Of a DNA stretch of 64,000 nucleotides, positions 19,557-29,974 are shown one piece after another (positions within the stretch are counted from its first letter, which is position 1; each line of letters opens with the position of its first letter). Position numbers and translations under genes: made by a program. The notes beneath the pieces were generated by a model. That model was given only the letters and a program-made list of their open reading frames with translations. It searched no databases and was not told the origin of the DNA. Location: positions 1 through 64,000 of the IMG/VR virus record IMGVR_UViG_3300048838_001252; one strand, written 5' to 3'. Source of the DNA: a virus.

Positions 19557-19581
19557 AAAAAGCCACAATAATGTGACTTTT
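19557..19581. terminator. Terminator between convergent genes
   Basis: Minus strand AAAAGTCACA-ttat-TGTGGCTTTT. Confidence 0.65.
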
Positions 19582-19601
19582 CGTAAATCTCTTTGCGTTT
19601 C

Positions 19602-20093
19602 TTAAAGATTGAGAATACATCTCCAAGGCTGGATTTCAAGTGTGATGTTTGTTAATTCATCATTACCATAATCATTTTCTCCAAAGTCAATTGATGTAAT
19701 CATACATTGCTCCAAGAACCATTTTTCAACTTCAACTCCCGTTGGGTCTAACGATTTCAACAGAATATTTTTCTTGTATCCTGCTGCGTAACCCATACGA
19801 CCTGTAAGTGATTCAGCATGTAAACGAACCCATTCCATGAGTTGTTGTGATGTTGAAGGACCGATTGGGTCAAGGAATGTAATTGACATCGAATCCCAAG
19901 TATATCTACCTGCGACATAGTTTTTCTCGTTCATGTAGTCAATTTCAACCTTATTAATTTTCATTGAAGGTCTTTTGAATTTCTGAACTTTCCAGACTTC
20001 AACGCCTAATTCATCTGCAAATTCTGCGAAGAATCTGTTTGCACGTTTTGGTTCGTATTCGAATGGGATACCCCTAATCATTTCTCCTGCCAT
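19602..20093 (-). CDS. Tail tube protein (gp19-like)
   Basis: EPKR.NRF...RP...Y.AGR.TW....TF.DP...EW...LDPTG..VEKW. Confidence 0.88.
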   Translation of the reverse strand: MAGEMIRGIPFEYEPKRANRFFAEFADELGVEVWKVQKFKRPSMKINKVEIDYMNEKNYVAGRYTWDSMSITFLDPIGPSTSQQLMEWVRLHAESLTGRMGYAAGYKKNILLKSLDPTGVEVEKWFLEQCMITSIDFGENDYGNDELTNITLEIQPWRCILNL

Positions 20094-20164
20094 TTTATTA
20101 TCTGTTTTTGTATATGCTTTTTATTTTATAATAAATACTTATGATGTTGAAAACAATTCATTAA

Positions 20165-20539
20165 TTATTCCGGTAATTTACCAGTTCTTCTATAATGTCT
20201 CAATTCTGCAACACTTAATTCAGCAATAGTTTTTTTTCTTACTGTTATTTCTTCCTGAATAATTTCTTCAATTTCTTTTTTAAGGTCAACACCAAATTTT
20301 TCATCAAGGTCTTTCACATCTTCTTCAAGAAATGTTATTTTAATTGAAGGTACTTCGATTTCACCATCTTCTTCACCGTCATCTTCATAAACTGGAGATT
20401 CTATTTCTTCATCAACTTCTGGCATTTCTGCTTTTAGATTAATGCTAATTGGTTCACATTCAACAACCTCTTCTTTTTTTATTTCTGGTTGTTCTTTCAC
20501 GTTTTGGTTCAGAACAGCCTTTCTATTTCTTTTTGCCAT
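20165..20539 (-). CDS. Acidic hypothetical protein
   Basis: Start moved to ATG 20539 (MAKRNRK) because the track start lies upstream of the promoter motif at 20573-20581, inside the terminator. Confidence 0.6.
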   Translation of the reverse strand: MAKRNRKAVLNQNVKEQPEIKKEEVVECEPISINLKAEMPEVDEEIESPVYEDDGEEDGEIEVPSIKITFLEEDVKDLDEKFGVDLKKEIEEIIQEEITVRKKTIAELSVAELRHYRRTGKLPE

Positions 20540-20590
20540 AATTTTTATATAAAATTTAACAATTATTTTTACATAAATACTCATAAATAA

Positions 20591-20618
20591 AAAAAGACCC
20601 ACAAATATGTGGGTCTTT
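20591..20618 (-). terminator. Rho-independent terminator after the tail sheath gene
   Basis: AAAGACCCACA-aata-TGTGGGTCTTT inverted repeat with A/T runs. Confidence 0.8.
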
Positions 20619-20635
20619 AGTAATTAGTGTATTAA

Positions 20636-23359
20636 TTATGCACCTACGTCTGCGAAACTTGCTCCAGAAGGTGTAATTGTAAACGTGATTCCAATAAATT
20701 CGAGAGCACGTGTTGGCTTCAAGAATATTTCACCGTATAATTCGTTTCTGTCACGACTTTCTGGTGAATTGTTACTATCGTCCATTTTGATTCTGAACTC
20801 CTGTAAACCTCTTTCTCTTTTAATTGTGTCGAGAACCGGAGTTGCTTTTTGTAAGAATTGGTCAATAGTTGCTTGGTCATTTTGTTCAAACACAAGTCTG
20901 ATTGCGATATTAGCGATAAGAACTTTAATTTGAAGTAAAAGTCTACGAACGTTAATTCTGTTAAGCGCACTTTCTTTAACCTGTAAAGTTTTTTGTCCGA
21001 AAATTGCTGTTCCTGCATCTGCAAAGTCAGCCAATGGATTAATTCTACCTGAGTAAAGAATATCACGAGCGTCAAGACTTAATTTATATTTAGATTTTCT
21101 TGCAGCAGTTACACCACGAGTTAAACCAGCAGGTGCAAACCAAGGGAATTTTGTGTTATCAGTAAACGCCATCGCTTTCACTACCTCACCTGTTGGTGGA
21201 AGATAAACATTAACGTTATTCTGGGTGTCACGCATTTGAATCCAAGGGAAGTAAGTACATGCGTAGCTACTATCGATTTCTGCTGTGTCAAGCAATTCTA
21301 CGATATCCTGTGCAGCAACAACATCAGATTTGGTTTCACCAATGATTTGCTGAATATTACTATCAGGAGAATCGATTATATATAAAGTATCGGTTCTTTC
21401 CTGTTCAAGCATTTCAATTGTGTTCTGAACCAAGATATTCTGGTCACTCCAGTTAATACCGGGAGTTGCAAATAAGTTGATTGTAACTTCTTCTGGGTTT
21501 GCGAAAGTATTAATACCTGTTTCCCATGCTTGGAAGTCATTTCTTGGGTTTCCGTTAGGAACAACACCATCATAAATTCCATTTAGACGATAAAGGTCAC
21601 CATAAGAACGACTTGTTCTGTGAACATCCCAACCATCAAAACCACCAGCAGGTACAAAAGTGAATTTTCTTGTTACCGTTTCAAAATATGGATTTTCTGG
21701 GTCAACAACATCTTCGACTGTTCTAAATCTACCAGCACCTACTTCAAATTCGAAGTCATTATATGTTCCGGTAGCACCGCTATCCATGTGGAATCCTTTG
21801 CTGTTAACAAAACCACCATAACCATTGAAGTTAAAGAAGTTCTGGTTTACTCCTGAACCAAGTAAACTATTGTCGTCTGCATCATAACCATGTTCAGAAA
21901 TACCAAGATAAATTTTTCTTGCTCTTTCATCATCATCATATTTGGTTTTGTAGTAGATTTTTGGTGTTACACCACTAAAATCTGAGAAGTCTTTAAAATT
22001 GTAACCCTCAAAACCTGCAGGGAATACACCGGGTTCAATCTCACCAGCCAATTCAACCATAATATATCTGCTCTGAAGGTCATATTCGCCATCAGAAGTA
22101 CCGATACGCTGTGCAATGTAACCAGTAGTACCAACTGTTAAATTACATCTTGAGAATGTTTCAAGAATTCTTACGCTGTCGTCAGTATCGTTAAAGTCAC
22201 GAACAACAACATCAAATTCCAATGTAATTGGGTTAATATTTACAATACTGATTTTAATTTCTTGGTTTGCAGCATCACCATCAGAAATGCTGATGAATTT
22301 GAATAATCTGTCAACACTGCTACCTTTTAATTGTGATACAATCCAAGGAGTTTCAGGTGTTCTGAATGCAGCACTACCACCAGCAGGTCTGTAGTTGGTA
22401 AATACATCATCAGTACAGTTAAGTATTGTTGTGTTTATTCCATATGCAATACCATCAGCATCCAATTTTTTAATTAAATCGGCATAAATAGCTTCAACCC
22501 AAATTTTTGTATTTTTGTCTTTTGGTTCATAACCCACAACATTTGGTAAGAAGCTACTTGAATTCGGATTCAATGTAGCAACATATGTTTCAGTGCTTGC
22601 AGTACTTGATGCAATTAATGTAAATTGACCAAACAAATCACCAGTACTTATATTAGTTGTATTACCAGTCATTGTAAGACTTGTGGTTTCAAAAACAGTC
22701 TTTGGAGTTGCATTCACTTGGTCTTGAACATAACCTCTACTTCTTAAAACTGCAAGTACCATACCTTCATATTCTGTATATGATGTACCAGACAATAAAG
22801 TTACTTTATCAGTTACTGTTCCACCAGTTGTAGTTTTGGTTGTTGCAGTGAACTCATGTAAATAACCTTCAAATTCTGTTGCACTTACTTTTGTGAATCC
22901 ACTGAAATAAGAGCCAGTGTCCCCGGTTGCATTTAACGCAACACCTAAATAGTAACCATCAGTAAAAGGTACTCCAGTATTTGTAATTACAGTAGTAGTT
23001 GCACCTGTGGTTTCTGGGTCAACGCCAGCGTTTAAGGTAATCGCCCATGCAGTTCCTGCATCATATCCGCTCAAACCCAATACTCTGGTTACCCATAATT
23101 GATTTGATTCTTCTAAGTATGCATTTGCTACATATGGTAATTGATATTGTAGATTTCCATTTGAAAATCTTTTTGTGTTCTGTGCACCAAACCTTTGAGC
23201 GAACTGTGTTTTATCTTGAATAAAAACGGGTTCGAATGCCGGACCTTTTAATGTCTCGCCTACAAGACCTAAAGTGGTTACACCAACATTACGTGTTACA
23301 AATGTCAAGTCACGTTCTCTAAATTTTACTCCCGGAGAGGTAAATACGAATTCTGCCAT
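20636..23359 (-). CDS. Tail sheath protein (gp18-like)
   Basis: SPGV..RE.D, PWFAPAG..RG, RINP, FGQKTLQ...SAL.RINVRRLL and FE.ND motifs. Confidence 0.95.
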   Translation of the reverse strand: MAEFVFTSPGVKFRERDLTFVTRNVGVTTLGLVGETLKGPAFEPVFIQDKTQFAQRFGAQNTKRFSNGNLQYQLPYVANAYLEESNQLWVTRVLGLSGYDAGTAWAITLNAGVDPETTGATTTVITNTGVPFTDGYYLGVALNATGDTGSYFSGFTKVSATEFEGYLHEFTATTKTTTGGTVTDKVTLLSGTSYTEYEGMVLAVLRSRGYVQDQVNATPKTVFETTSLTMTGNTTNISTGDLFGQFTLIASSTASTETYVATLNPNSSSFLPNVVGYEPKDKNTKIWVEAIYADLIKKLDADGIAYGINTTILNCTDDVFTNYRPAGGSAAFRTPETPWIVSQLKGSSVDRLFKFISISDGDAANQEIKISIVNINPITLEFDVVVRDFNDTDDSVRILETFSRCNLTVGTTGYIAQRIGTSDGEYDLQSRYIMVELAGEIEPGVFPAGFEGYNFKDFSDFSGVTPKIYYKTKYDDDERARKIYLGISEHGYDADDNSLLGSGVNQNFFNFNGYGGFVNSKGFHMDSGATGTYNDFEFEVGAGRFRTVEDVVDPENPYFETVTRKFTFVPAGGFDGWDVHRTSRSYGDLYRLNGIYDGVVPNGNPRNDFQAWETGINTFANPEEVTINLFATPGINWSDQNILVQNTIEMLEQERTDTLYIIDSPDSNIQQIIGETKSDVVAAQDIVELLDTAEIDSSYACTYFPWIQMRDTQNNVNVYLPPTGEVVKAMAFTDNTKFPWFAPAGLTRGVTAARKSKYKLSLDARDILYSGRINPLADFADAGTAIFGQKTLQVKESALNRINVRRLLLQIKVLIANIAIRLVFEQNDQATIDQFLQKATPVLDTIKRERGLQEFRIKMDDSNNSPESRDRNELYGEIFLKPTRALEFIGITFTITPSGASFADVGA

Positions 23360-23658
23360 GTTAATTAGTTATTTAATTTTTATATTTATTTTTCATTCTA
23401 AGCAATGCTTAATCTTTTTCAATAAATACTGAAAAATTATCGAAAAGGTGTTTTGTGCTAATTATTATAGTATTGCCACAGACGACCATAAACCCCAATT
23501 TTTATCGATTTTAAATTTTTTACTCTATATTTTAAAAAAAAACGATTTTTTTGGTTTAAATTTCTGTGGATTTCTTTAAAAAAAAATTTAAAAATTTTTG
23601 ATTTTTTTTCTTCCGGTATGGTTTTTCTTAAATTAGTATTTATGGAAAAGCATTATAT

Positions 23659-25767
23659 ATGAATAGGTCACAACGAATTTATTTGGATGTTAATTCTCTT
23701 GATGTAGATAATCACATTAAAATAAAACTCGAACAAGAAACAGACAGTCTTGAATTTTTAAGCATGAGCATCGATACCAAAGATGTTTATCAGGATTTTA
23801 ATGCTGATTATGGTGTTTTGGTGGGTAGAGTTATAGCAAATGGTGGTATAGGTATCCCAAATGCCAAAATAAGCATTTTTATGCCCCTTACAGACGATGA
23901 TGCTGAGAATGGTGAGATATACAGTATATACCCCTATAAGACTCCCAGAGACAAGAATATAGAGGGAAAACGATATAATTTATTACCAAGGGTAGGTAAA
24001 AAAAATCCTGCCACACAAGAAGTAAAACCTAAACAACCATTTGGCAGTTTTCCAATCAAAGAAGAAATTGTAACAAATGAACCGTTTTTAAATGTTTATA
24101 AAAAATACTATAAATATACTGCTACCACAAATGATGCTGGTGATTACATGATATTCGGTGTTCCAATTGGTACACAAACTGTTCACCTTAGTGTTGATAT
24201 TACCGATATTGGTAAATATAGCATGACACCAGCAGCTATGGTAACAAACTTAGGCTATTCACCAAACCTATTTACTGATGGTGGCAGTAAAATTAAACCA
24301 AGTAATGACTTAGGTGACCTACCACACATTGAAACACAAGAAATTAGTGTTGATATCATACCGTTTTGGGGTGATGTTGAAAATTTTGAAATAGGTATTA
24401 CTCGTCAGGATTTCAGAATTAGGTCAGTATTATCAAATACATTTACAATTTTTGGTAGTATTTTCACAGATGGTGATAATTCAATGTGGGGTGCTAATAA
24501 TGAAGATGGTAGAACAATTAGAGAGTTATATAAACTTAGAAGTAATACCAGTGAAAATAAAGGAATGGTATCGAAAAGAATCGGAATTGTTACAGAAAAA
24601 ATTTATTACTATCCCGCTTCCATAAATGATAGTGAAATAAGTACTGCCGACCCTAAAACAGATATGTTACTTTTAGACCCAACGCAATATTCTGCATATA
24701 AAAGAGATGGTGATTTTGTTTTTATTATTAATTGTAATAGAGGTAGGGTTATTACTGATGAATTTGGTAATGAAACACCTGTAGATGAAAATTCTTCCAC
24801 AGGTGTTTATACTAAGTTTAAAGGTTTTATGACATTAGAAGCAACTGTTGATGATATACCCATGAATTTCACCGGAGATTTAGGTAGTAGTACCACATTA
24901 AGACCAATTAGATATAAATTTAAATTTCCACAATTTGCTTCTGAAGGTCGAGGACTCAGAAGAGACAACCGTGACTCACAATCACAAGCAGATGTTCAAA
25001 CATGGAGAAAACAACACTATACATTTTCTGGCGGTGGTTTTTATAGTGTTTCAAGATTTCATGGTGTTGTATATAATGCGCATAATAATGAAAACGAAAA
25101 TAATGATTTTGATGACCACACAAATAATGCGTTTTCAAACAGGGACGCAATAAATGACCCAAAGGATAGAGATACAAATTGGGATGTTGGAATTATTCAA
25201 ACCAATGATGTTGATGTTACTGGTAACACACAGTATGGAATGGTTTATAATACAACATATTCAACACAACAACTTTTTGGTGCAAACTGGTTAAATTTTG
25301 CAATACATTTACCACAGGTAGCATTTTTATCGAACGGATATTCATATGTAGAAAATTGGCGTTCAAATACCAATTTCACTCATGATTTTAAAAGCACACA
25401 TTTCTTTGGGGATAATAGTCAGATAATTGCAGGTAATGACTTCAACACTAAATTCATGGCACGTTCCGACTTGCACTGGACTGACTTTATTCATGTGCCA
25501 AAAGAAGACCTTCCTGAATTAAAGAATATGCCAAAAGGGTTTAAAGGTACAGGAACAAATGGAAATTCTATACCGGGTTATACACTTAAAGGTAAATATC
25601 GTAATGGTAAATATATACCATCGGGTTGGACTGCAGCCTGTCCTTTAAAGGGTGGAAGATTAAATGGTGATGCCGATGTTAGTACACAAGACCCAAATAC
25701 CTACTTTTACAAAGGTTTTGATACTGCGGATTGTATTGATTATTTATATTTATTAGGACTTGTTTAA
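23659..25767 (+). CDS. Virion structural protein with an N-terminal prealbumin/carboxypeptidase-regulatory-like beta fold
   Basis: GVLVGRV...GIPNAKISI...TNDAGDYMIFGVPIG; late promoter at 23635-23643. Confidence 0.6.
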   Translation: MNRSQRIYLDVNSLDVDNHIKIKLEQETDSLEFLSMSIDTKDVYQDFNADYGVLVGRVIANGGIGIPNAKISIFMPLTDDDAENGEIYSIYPYKTPRDKNIEGKRYNLLPRVGKKNPATQEVKPKQPFGSFPIKEEIVTNEPFLNVYKKYYKYTATTNDAGDYMIFGVPIGTQTVHLSVDITDIGKYSMTPAAMVTNLGYSPNLFTDGGSKIKPSNDLGDLPHIETQEISVDIIPFWGDVENFEIGITRQDFRIRSVLSNTFTIFGSIFTDGDNSMWGANNEDGRTIRELYKLRSNTSENKGMVSKRIGIVTEKIYYYPASINDSEISTADPKTDMLLLDPTQYSAYKRDGDFVFIINCNRGRVITDEFGNETPVDENSSTGVYTKFKGFMTLEATVDDIPMNFTGDLGSSTTLRPIRYKFKFPQFASEGRGLRRDNRDSQSQADVQTWRKQHYTFSGGGFYSVSRFHGVVYNAHNNENENNDFDDHTNNAFSNRDAINDPKDRDTNWDVGIIQTNDVDVTGNTQYGMVYNTTYSTQQLFGANWLNFAIHLPQVAFLSNGYSYVENWRSNTNFTHDFKSTHFFGDNSQIIAGNDFNTKFMARSDLHWTDFIHVPKEDLPELKNMPKGFKGTGTNGNSIPGYTLKGKYRNGKYIPSGWTAACPLKGGRLNGDADVSTQDPNTYFYKGFDTADCIDYLYLLGLV

Positions 25768-25770
25768 AAC

Positions 25771-25799
25771 AAAAAACCCCTCGATATTGAGGGGTTTTT
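25771..25799. terminator. Bidirectional terminator
   Basis: AAAAACCCCTCG-atat-TGAGGGGTTTTT between convergent genes. Confidence 0.85.
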
Positions 25800-25811
25800 A
25801 ATTGTATATTA

Positions 25812-26267
25812 TTAACGTTCAAGGGTATAAATACCATTAATGGGGGTATCACTCTTCACACAATCAATGAGTTTCAATTTAAGTACAGTACCGTTAAAGG
25901 TTTCGGCATTAAGAATTTGAAGTTCAATTTGGTCTTCAAAATTAATCACCAAATCATTAAGAGTATAGTTATATTCTGCTTCCCAGACACCATCATTATT
26001 ATCAAAATATGGGTCATTAAGGGTTGCGGTGGCTGTGGTAACATCCAAAAGACTTAGACCAACAAGGTCGTAGGTTTCATTTAGTGTCCAGAGTTCAGCT
26101 TCTGTGTCATAGACAGTTCCGTTAAATTCCAGAGAAACGAAATTCCAGTCACCAAGCAAATCCTGAACGGTAATCTGGTCTTCAACAATAGGGTCTTCTT
26201 TTTCGCAGCTAAAACTCATCAGAGTAATTGCGAGAACAACAGTCAGTAAATAAGCAAATTTTTTCAT
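25812..26267 (-). CDS. Lipoprotein, lipocalin-like (Bacteroidota type)
   Basis: Signal peptide MKK-hydrophobic-SFS|C followed by EKED; LLGDW (G-x-W) lipocalin-like start. Confidence 0.75.
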   Translation of the reverse strand: MKKFAYLLTVVLAITLMSFSCEKEDPIVEDQITVQDLLGDWNFVSLEFNGTVYDTEAELWTLNETYDLVGLSLLDVTTATATLNDPYFDNNDGVWEAEYNYTLNDLVINFEDQIELQILNAETFNGTVLKLKLIDCVKSDTPINGIYTLER

Positions 26268-26307
26268 AATTTCAAATTTTAGTTAAACATTTTTGTTTGC
26301 TACACGC

Positions 26308-26340
26308 TTATACGTAATGTATTTAAAAATGTTACAAAAA
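26308..26340 (-). promoter_or_regulatory. ECF-sigma-like promoter TGTAAC-N16-CGTA
   Basis: Minus strand TTTTTGTAACATTTTT...TTACGTATAAG; near-identical copy at 55598-55630. Confidence 0.65.
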
Positions 26341-26372
26341 ATCATAAAAATTTTTGAAGGTATTTATATGAT

Positions 26373-28022
26373 ATGGATGAAAACATCAAAATATTGCTTA
26401 ATAGTAATCAGAACATTGATTCGGTAAACGTGAATAGTTACAATAAAATAGAACTGCAAAACAAACGTTTACCTATTCTTGAATATGACATCAGAAATGT
26501 ATTAAGTGCAACGGAAATATTTGATATTGAAAGAGAAACAAATGAGATTTACAGGATTTACGGTAAAATCGAATACATGTCGCTTTTAAATGGTTTAAGA
26601 ACAGGATATAGTAAACTTGAACATTTCTTTTTACCTTTACAGAATTTAACAACTTCAAAAAACCTATTGAATTCTTTTGATTTTTATCTCGTTAGACCAG
26701 CAGTTAGCGGATATACGACTTTTGGTGGAAATACTGGTACAAGCACAACATTTTATTATGTAAATGAAGACTTTGATGATTGGATAACAAGCACCCCAAG
26801 TGACTATCCTGCTGGTTGGACTGTCAGTGTTGGTGTTGGTAGTTATGTTGAACAAACTGTAACAAATCAAGCTAAATTTGTTCTTGGAAACAATCCTTTT
26901 ATTAATTTAATTACATTATCAAAAGAATTAACTACTCCTGCATATGGTGATATCACAATTGAAACAGTTGTTGACATCTTACCGAATTTAATTCCGGGGA
27001 CAGATTTATTTACAATAATCTTATTCAACGGAAGTAACATATTACATAGTTTCAATACTCTTTCAGGTAGTACTGGATTGAAAACATATCAAGTTAATGT
27101 TCCTATCGGTACACCAGTAACTAAAGTCACTATTATTGCAAACAGTACAAATAAAAGTATTTTCATGGATTATTTTAAAATGTATACCGGAACATTTGGT
27201 GGCGCAAGTAATACAGGATTCATAAGATACTTTCAAGTAGTGGCAACACCGAATGAATTTGAATTATTTCCTGTCGGTTTTGCAAACAACATTTATAACG
27301 AACAAACATATGGATTCAGTTTTAATACGGATTTTGATGTTAGTAATTATGTTGATAATTTTGGTTTTCCATTAACTGAGTTGTTTTTATATGCAGCATA
27401 TAAAAAATGGAATTCACCAGCAGAAACCCTTTCATTTACAAGGTTTTCTACAGGCGGTACTGCAACAAAAGTTGCGTTTTCAACAACTTCTTTAAATATT
27501 GGTGATTATGTTAAAACCACTACGGGTGAAAAAATCGGGGATGTTGTAGAATATTCCAAACCAGATTTTTATCAGGCACAATTAACACCGCAAACATTTT
27601 ACATAAGAACACCATATGTTGATGGCTTTACAAGTAAGGCACTTATCTGGAAATACAATCCATTTATTCCATTTAGATTAAGATATTTTAGTAATGAAAT
27701 ATATAAAACAAACATTAATAACTCATCATATGAACAGGTAATGTCAATACCTTATTATGCAACAGCATTGGATAGTGGTAATTATGTCTGGAGAACCATA
27801 TTACCTCAAGGCTATGTTGACCCATTAACTGGTATAGGGGTAGATTATCCCTTTGTAAATAAAAAAAGGTATTTATTTTCAACAATTATACTTGATGTAG
27901 TTCCAGACTTAACTGATGCTTTAACATATACCGCATTTAAAGACATAAAATTTGGAACACCAACGAATTTAAACATTACACCTATGAGTGATTTGAATAA
28001 TATCGGAAAGCCATGTCTATAA
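26373..28022 (+). CDS. Virion structural protein (baseplate/tail associated)
   Basis: 549 aa, Thr/Gly/Asn-rich beta composition; late promoter at 26359-26368. Confidence 0.6.
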   Translation: MDENIKILLNSNQNIDSVNVNSYNKIELQNKRLPILEYDIRNVLSATEIFDIERETNEIYRIYGKIEYMSLLNGLRTGYSKLEHFFLPLQNLTTSKNLLNSFDFYLVRPAVSGYTTFGGNTGTSTTFYYVNEDFDDWITSTPSDYPAGWTVSVGVGSYVEQTVTNQAKFVLGNNPFINLITLSKELTTPAYGDITIETVVDILPNLIPGTDLFTIILFNGSNILHSFNTLSGSTGLKTYQVNVPIGTPVTKVTIIANSTNKSIFMDYFKMYTGTFGGASNTGFIRYFQVVATPNEFELFPVGFANNIYNEQTYGFSFNTDFDVSNYVDNFGFPLTELFLYAAYKKWNSPAETLSFTRFSTGGTATKVAFSTTSLNIGDYVKTTTGEKIGDVVEYSKPDFYQAQLTPQTFYIRTPYVDGFTSKALIWKYNPFIPFRLRYFSNEIYKTNINNSSYEQVMSIPYYATALDSGNYVWRTILPQGYVDPLTGIGVDYPFVNKKRYLFSTIILDVVPDLTDALTYTAFKDIKFGTPTNLNITPMSDLNNIGKPCL

Positions 28023-28813
28023 TCAGAGAAGTTGTAAAATATAATCAAACCGATATTAATATCAAAATACCTATTGGAATAACTGATGGATTTTCGGGAT
28101 ATCAGCAGGAAATTGAAAAACTTACATCATTTTCTGCAACAAATTTGGTTAACCCGGAGAACGATATTGAGGTGAGAAGGTTTAAATATTACACCACAAC
28201 AAACTCAACAATGCAGTTTCAGTTTTATAATGGCTCGAATTATAGTACAAATTTTACATATGCCGGATTTGCTTCAGCAGAAATAAATCCAAGTAATGGA
28301 AAAATAACCAATAGTTTTTTTATTCTGGATTTTTATGATTCGTTCGACCCATATAATCAAAATAAAATATTTTCAACGTACCAAACCAAATTGGTAACTG
28401 GTACAAGTAAGACAGCCAATTATAAAATCATCACCTCACAATTTTATAATTTTTATGTTCCCATTAATTATATTAATTCTTTCACAGGAACAACGGTGAT
28501 TGGATATAGTAAATTCAGTTTTTATAATGCTAAAACCGGAAAAATTCAGTTATTTTTTAATAATGATAATAGTAGTATGCTCTTATCACCAGAAAAACTA
28601 TATTATAAAACTGAATTAAATTTAACTGCAAAGACATGGAGATTTATCACTTCCTCATCTCCAAACATGATTGCAAAAGAAATACCTTACACAACCAACA
28701 CAGAATATAGTGATAAGGTAAATAACACTTTTGATAAATTCAATAGTAAAGCACAAGATTACCCAAGTGGCAATACGTTTAACTTTGAAGACGGAACTTA
28801 TGATATAACGTAA
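28013..28813 (+). CDS. Putative virion structural protein
   Basis: Overlaps the upstream gene; SFFILDFYD motif; aromatic/Asn/Thr-rich. Confidence 0.55.
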   Translation: MSIIREVVKYNQTDINIKIPIGITDGFSGYQQEIEKLTSFSATNLVNPENDIEVRRFKYYTTTNSTMQFQFYNGSNYSTNFTYAGFASAEINPSNGKITNSFFILDFYDSFDPYNQNKIFSTYQTKLVTGTSKTANYKIITSQFYNFYVPINYINSFTGTTVIGYSKFSFYNAKTGKIQLFFNNDNSSMLLSPEKLYYKTELNLTAKTWRFITSSSPNMIAKEIPYTTNTEYSDKVNNTFDKFNSKAQDYPSGNTFNFEDGTYDIT

Positions 28814-29562
28814 CCAATTTTTGGTTTTCTGGTCGTTTTAACTATCTCAAATTCTTTTTCGTCCTGAATAAAACCAAGAACTTTAAGTGCGTACTTAGAT
28901 ACGAAGAATCTATCACCGTCAATGTTTTCAATCGGGTTGCTCTCTGCAAATCCCTCAAAATGTAATGGAAGTGGATTTCCTTTTACAAACAAATAGTCTT
29001 GACGACTGGCAAAATTTCTTAAAACCTGTTCATCGTACTGGTTCACATCAACCCTGTATTTGGTGAATAATGCTGCTTCATAGATTAAGTCAACATTCAC
29101 GGGTTCTGGCATTCTGAATTGCAAGTAAATAACTTCACCATTATCCAGTATAGGAACGTTCATATATCTGAACTTGCGTGCCTGTGGAACACGATACTTA
29201 CCACCAATACGAGTTCCGGGTTGTTTATCAATACGTCTCACCGTAATATATGGGGTTGGTACGTTATTATCATTATCCATGAACTTCCATGTCTTACTAA
29301 ATTCTCCCCAACGGTCATTATCAAGATAAAATGTCGGGACGATTTTGTTGTCAATCACACATTTCATGTTGTCCTGATTGACATAATCAAAAACAGCTTG
29401 GTCTAAATCTTCAAATGCAATGGTTCTTGGTAAGAATTTAGTTTTTGTGTCGGTCTGACGCATAAGTTCTTCAATTCTATCCATACCATATTTAAGGTAT
29501 TCTGTACCAACACTTGGTGGATTAGTGTCCAGAGTAAGTTTTACTTTTTTTGGAAGTGACAT
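28798..29562 (-). CDS. Tail terminator/neck-like protein (gp15-like)
   Basis: DLD.AV...P.ITV.R...P.PVNVDLIYE pattern; late promoter at 29577-29586. Confidence 0.55.
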   Translation of the reverse strand: MSLPKKVKLTLDTNPPSVGTEYLKYGMDRIEELMRQTDTKTKFLPRTIAFEDLDQAVFDYVNQDNMKCVIDNKIVPTFYLDNDRWGEFSKTWKFMDNDNNVPTPYITVRRIDKQPGTRIGGKYRVPQARKFRYMNVPILDNGEVIYLQFRMPEPVNVDLIYEAALFTKYRVDVNQYDEQVLRNFASRQDYLFVKGNPLPLHFEGFAESNPIENIDGDRFFVSKYALKVLGFIQDEKEFEIVKTTRKPKIGYVIS

Positions 29563-29586
29563 TTATTCTTTTTTATTATAAATACT

Positions 29587-29618
29587 CTTGCACTTTAATT
29601 CTTAATGCACTATATTTG
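29587..29618 (+). promoter_or_regulatory. Bacteroidota sigmaA-type promoter
   Basis: CTTG-N20-TATATTTG upstream of the 29639-34612 metabolic operon. Confidence 0.7.
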
Positions 29619-29638
29619 TTTTCTAAAAATATGTCATT

Positions 29639-29974
29639 ATGCTTGTAGAACGCAAAGAAGTTAAAAATGAAGATGATAGTATTGGATACATAGAATCAAT
29701 TTTTAAATCAGATAACATACTAAAAACCACATATTTTCCTGCAATGCAGAGACTTTATATTGCTTTTAGCAGGGGTCATACGTATTCATATGGAAACATA
29801 TCACCGGATTTTTATGAAGAATTTGAGGAAGCCGAATCTCATGGAAAATTCTTTCACCAGTACATAAATAACAAGACAAAATATCCTTATCGTAAGGAAT
29901 TTACACTATATCCTACGGAAATAAACGAAGTTAGACAAATAATCGAAGAAAATAAAGCCGAAGATAATGAATAG
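29639..29974 (+). CDS. KTSC domain protein
   Basis: S.NI....Y....L.I.F..G..YSY..I....Y..F..AES.GKFF...I. Confidence 0.85.
   Translation: MLVERKEVKNEDDSIGYIESIFKSDNILKTTYFPAMQRLYIAFSRGHTYSYGNISPDFYEEFEEAESHGKFFHQYINNKTKYPYRKEFTLYPTEINEVRQIIEENKAEDNE

Noticed and set aside
23360-23658. 300-bp AT-rich divergent intergenic region as an origin or ncRNA
   Set aside because: Largely explained by two divergent late promoters (23422, 23635) and poly-A/T tracts; no convincing iterons or stable stems seen
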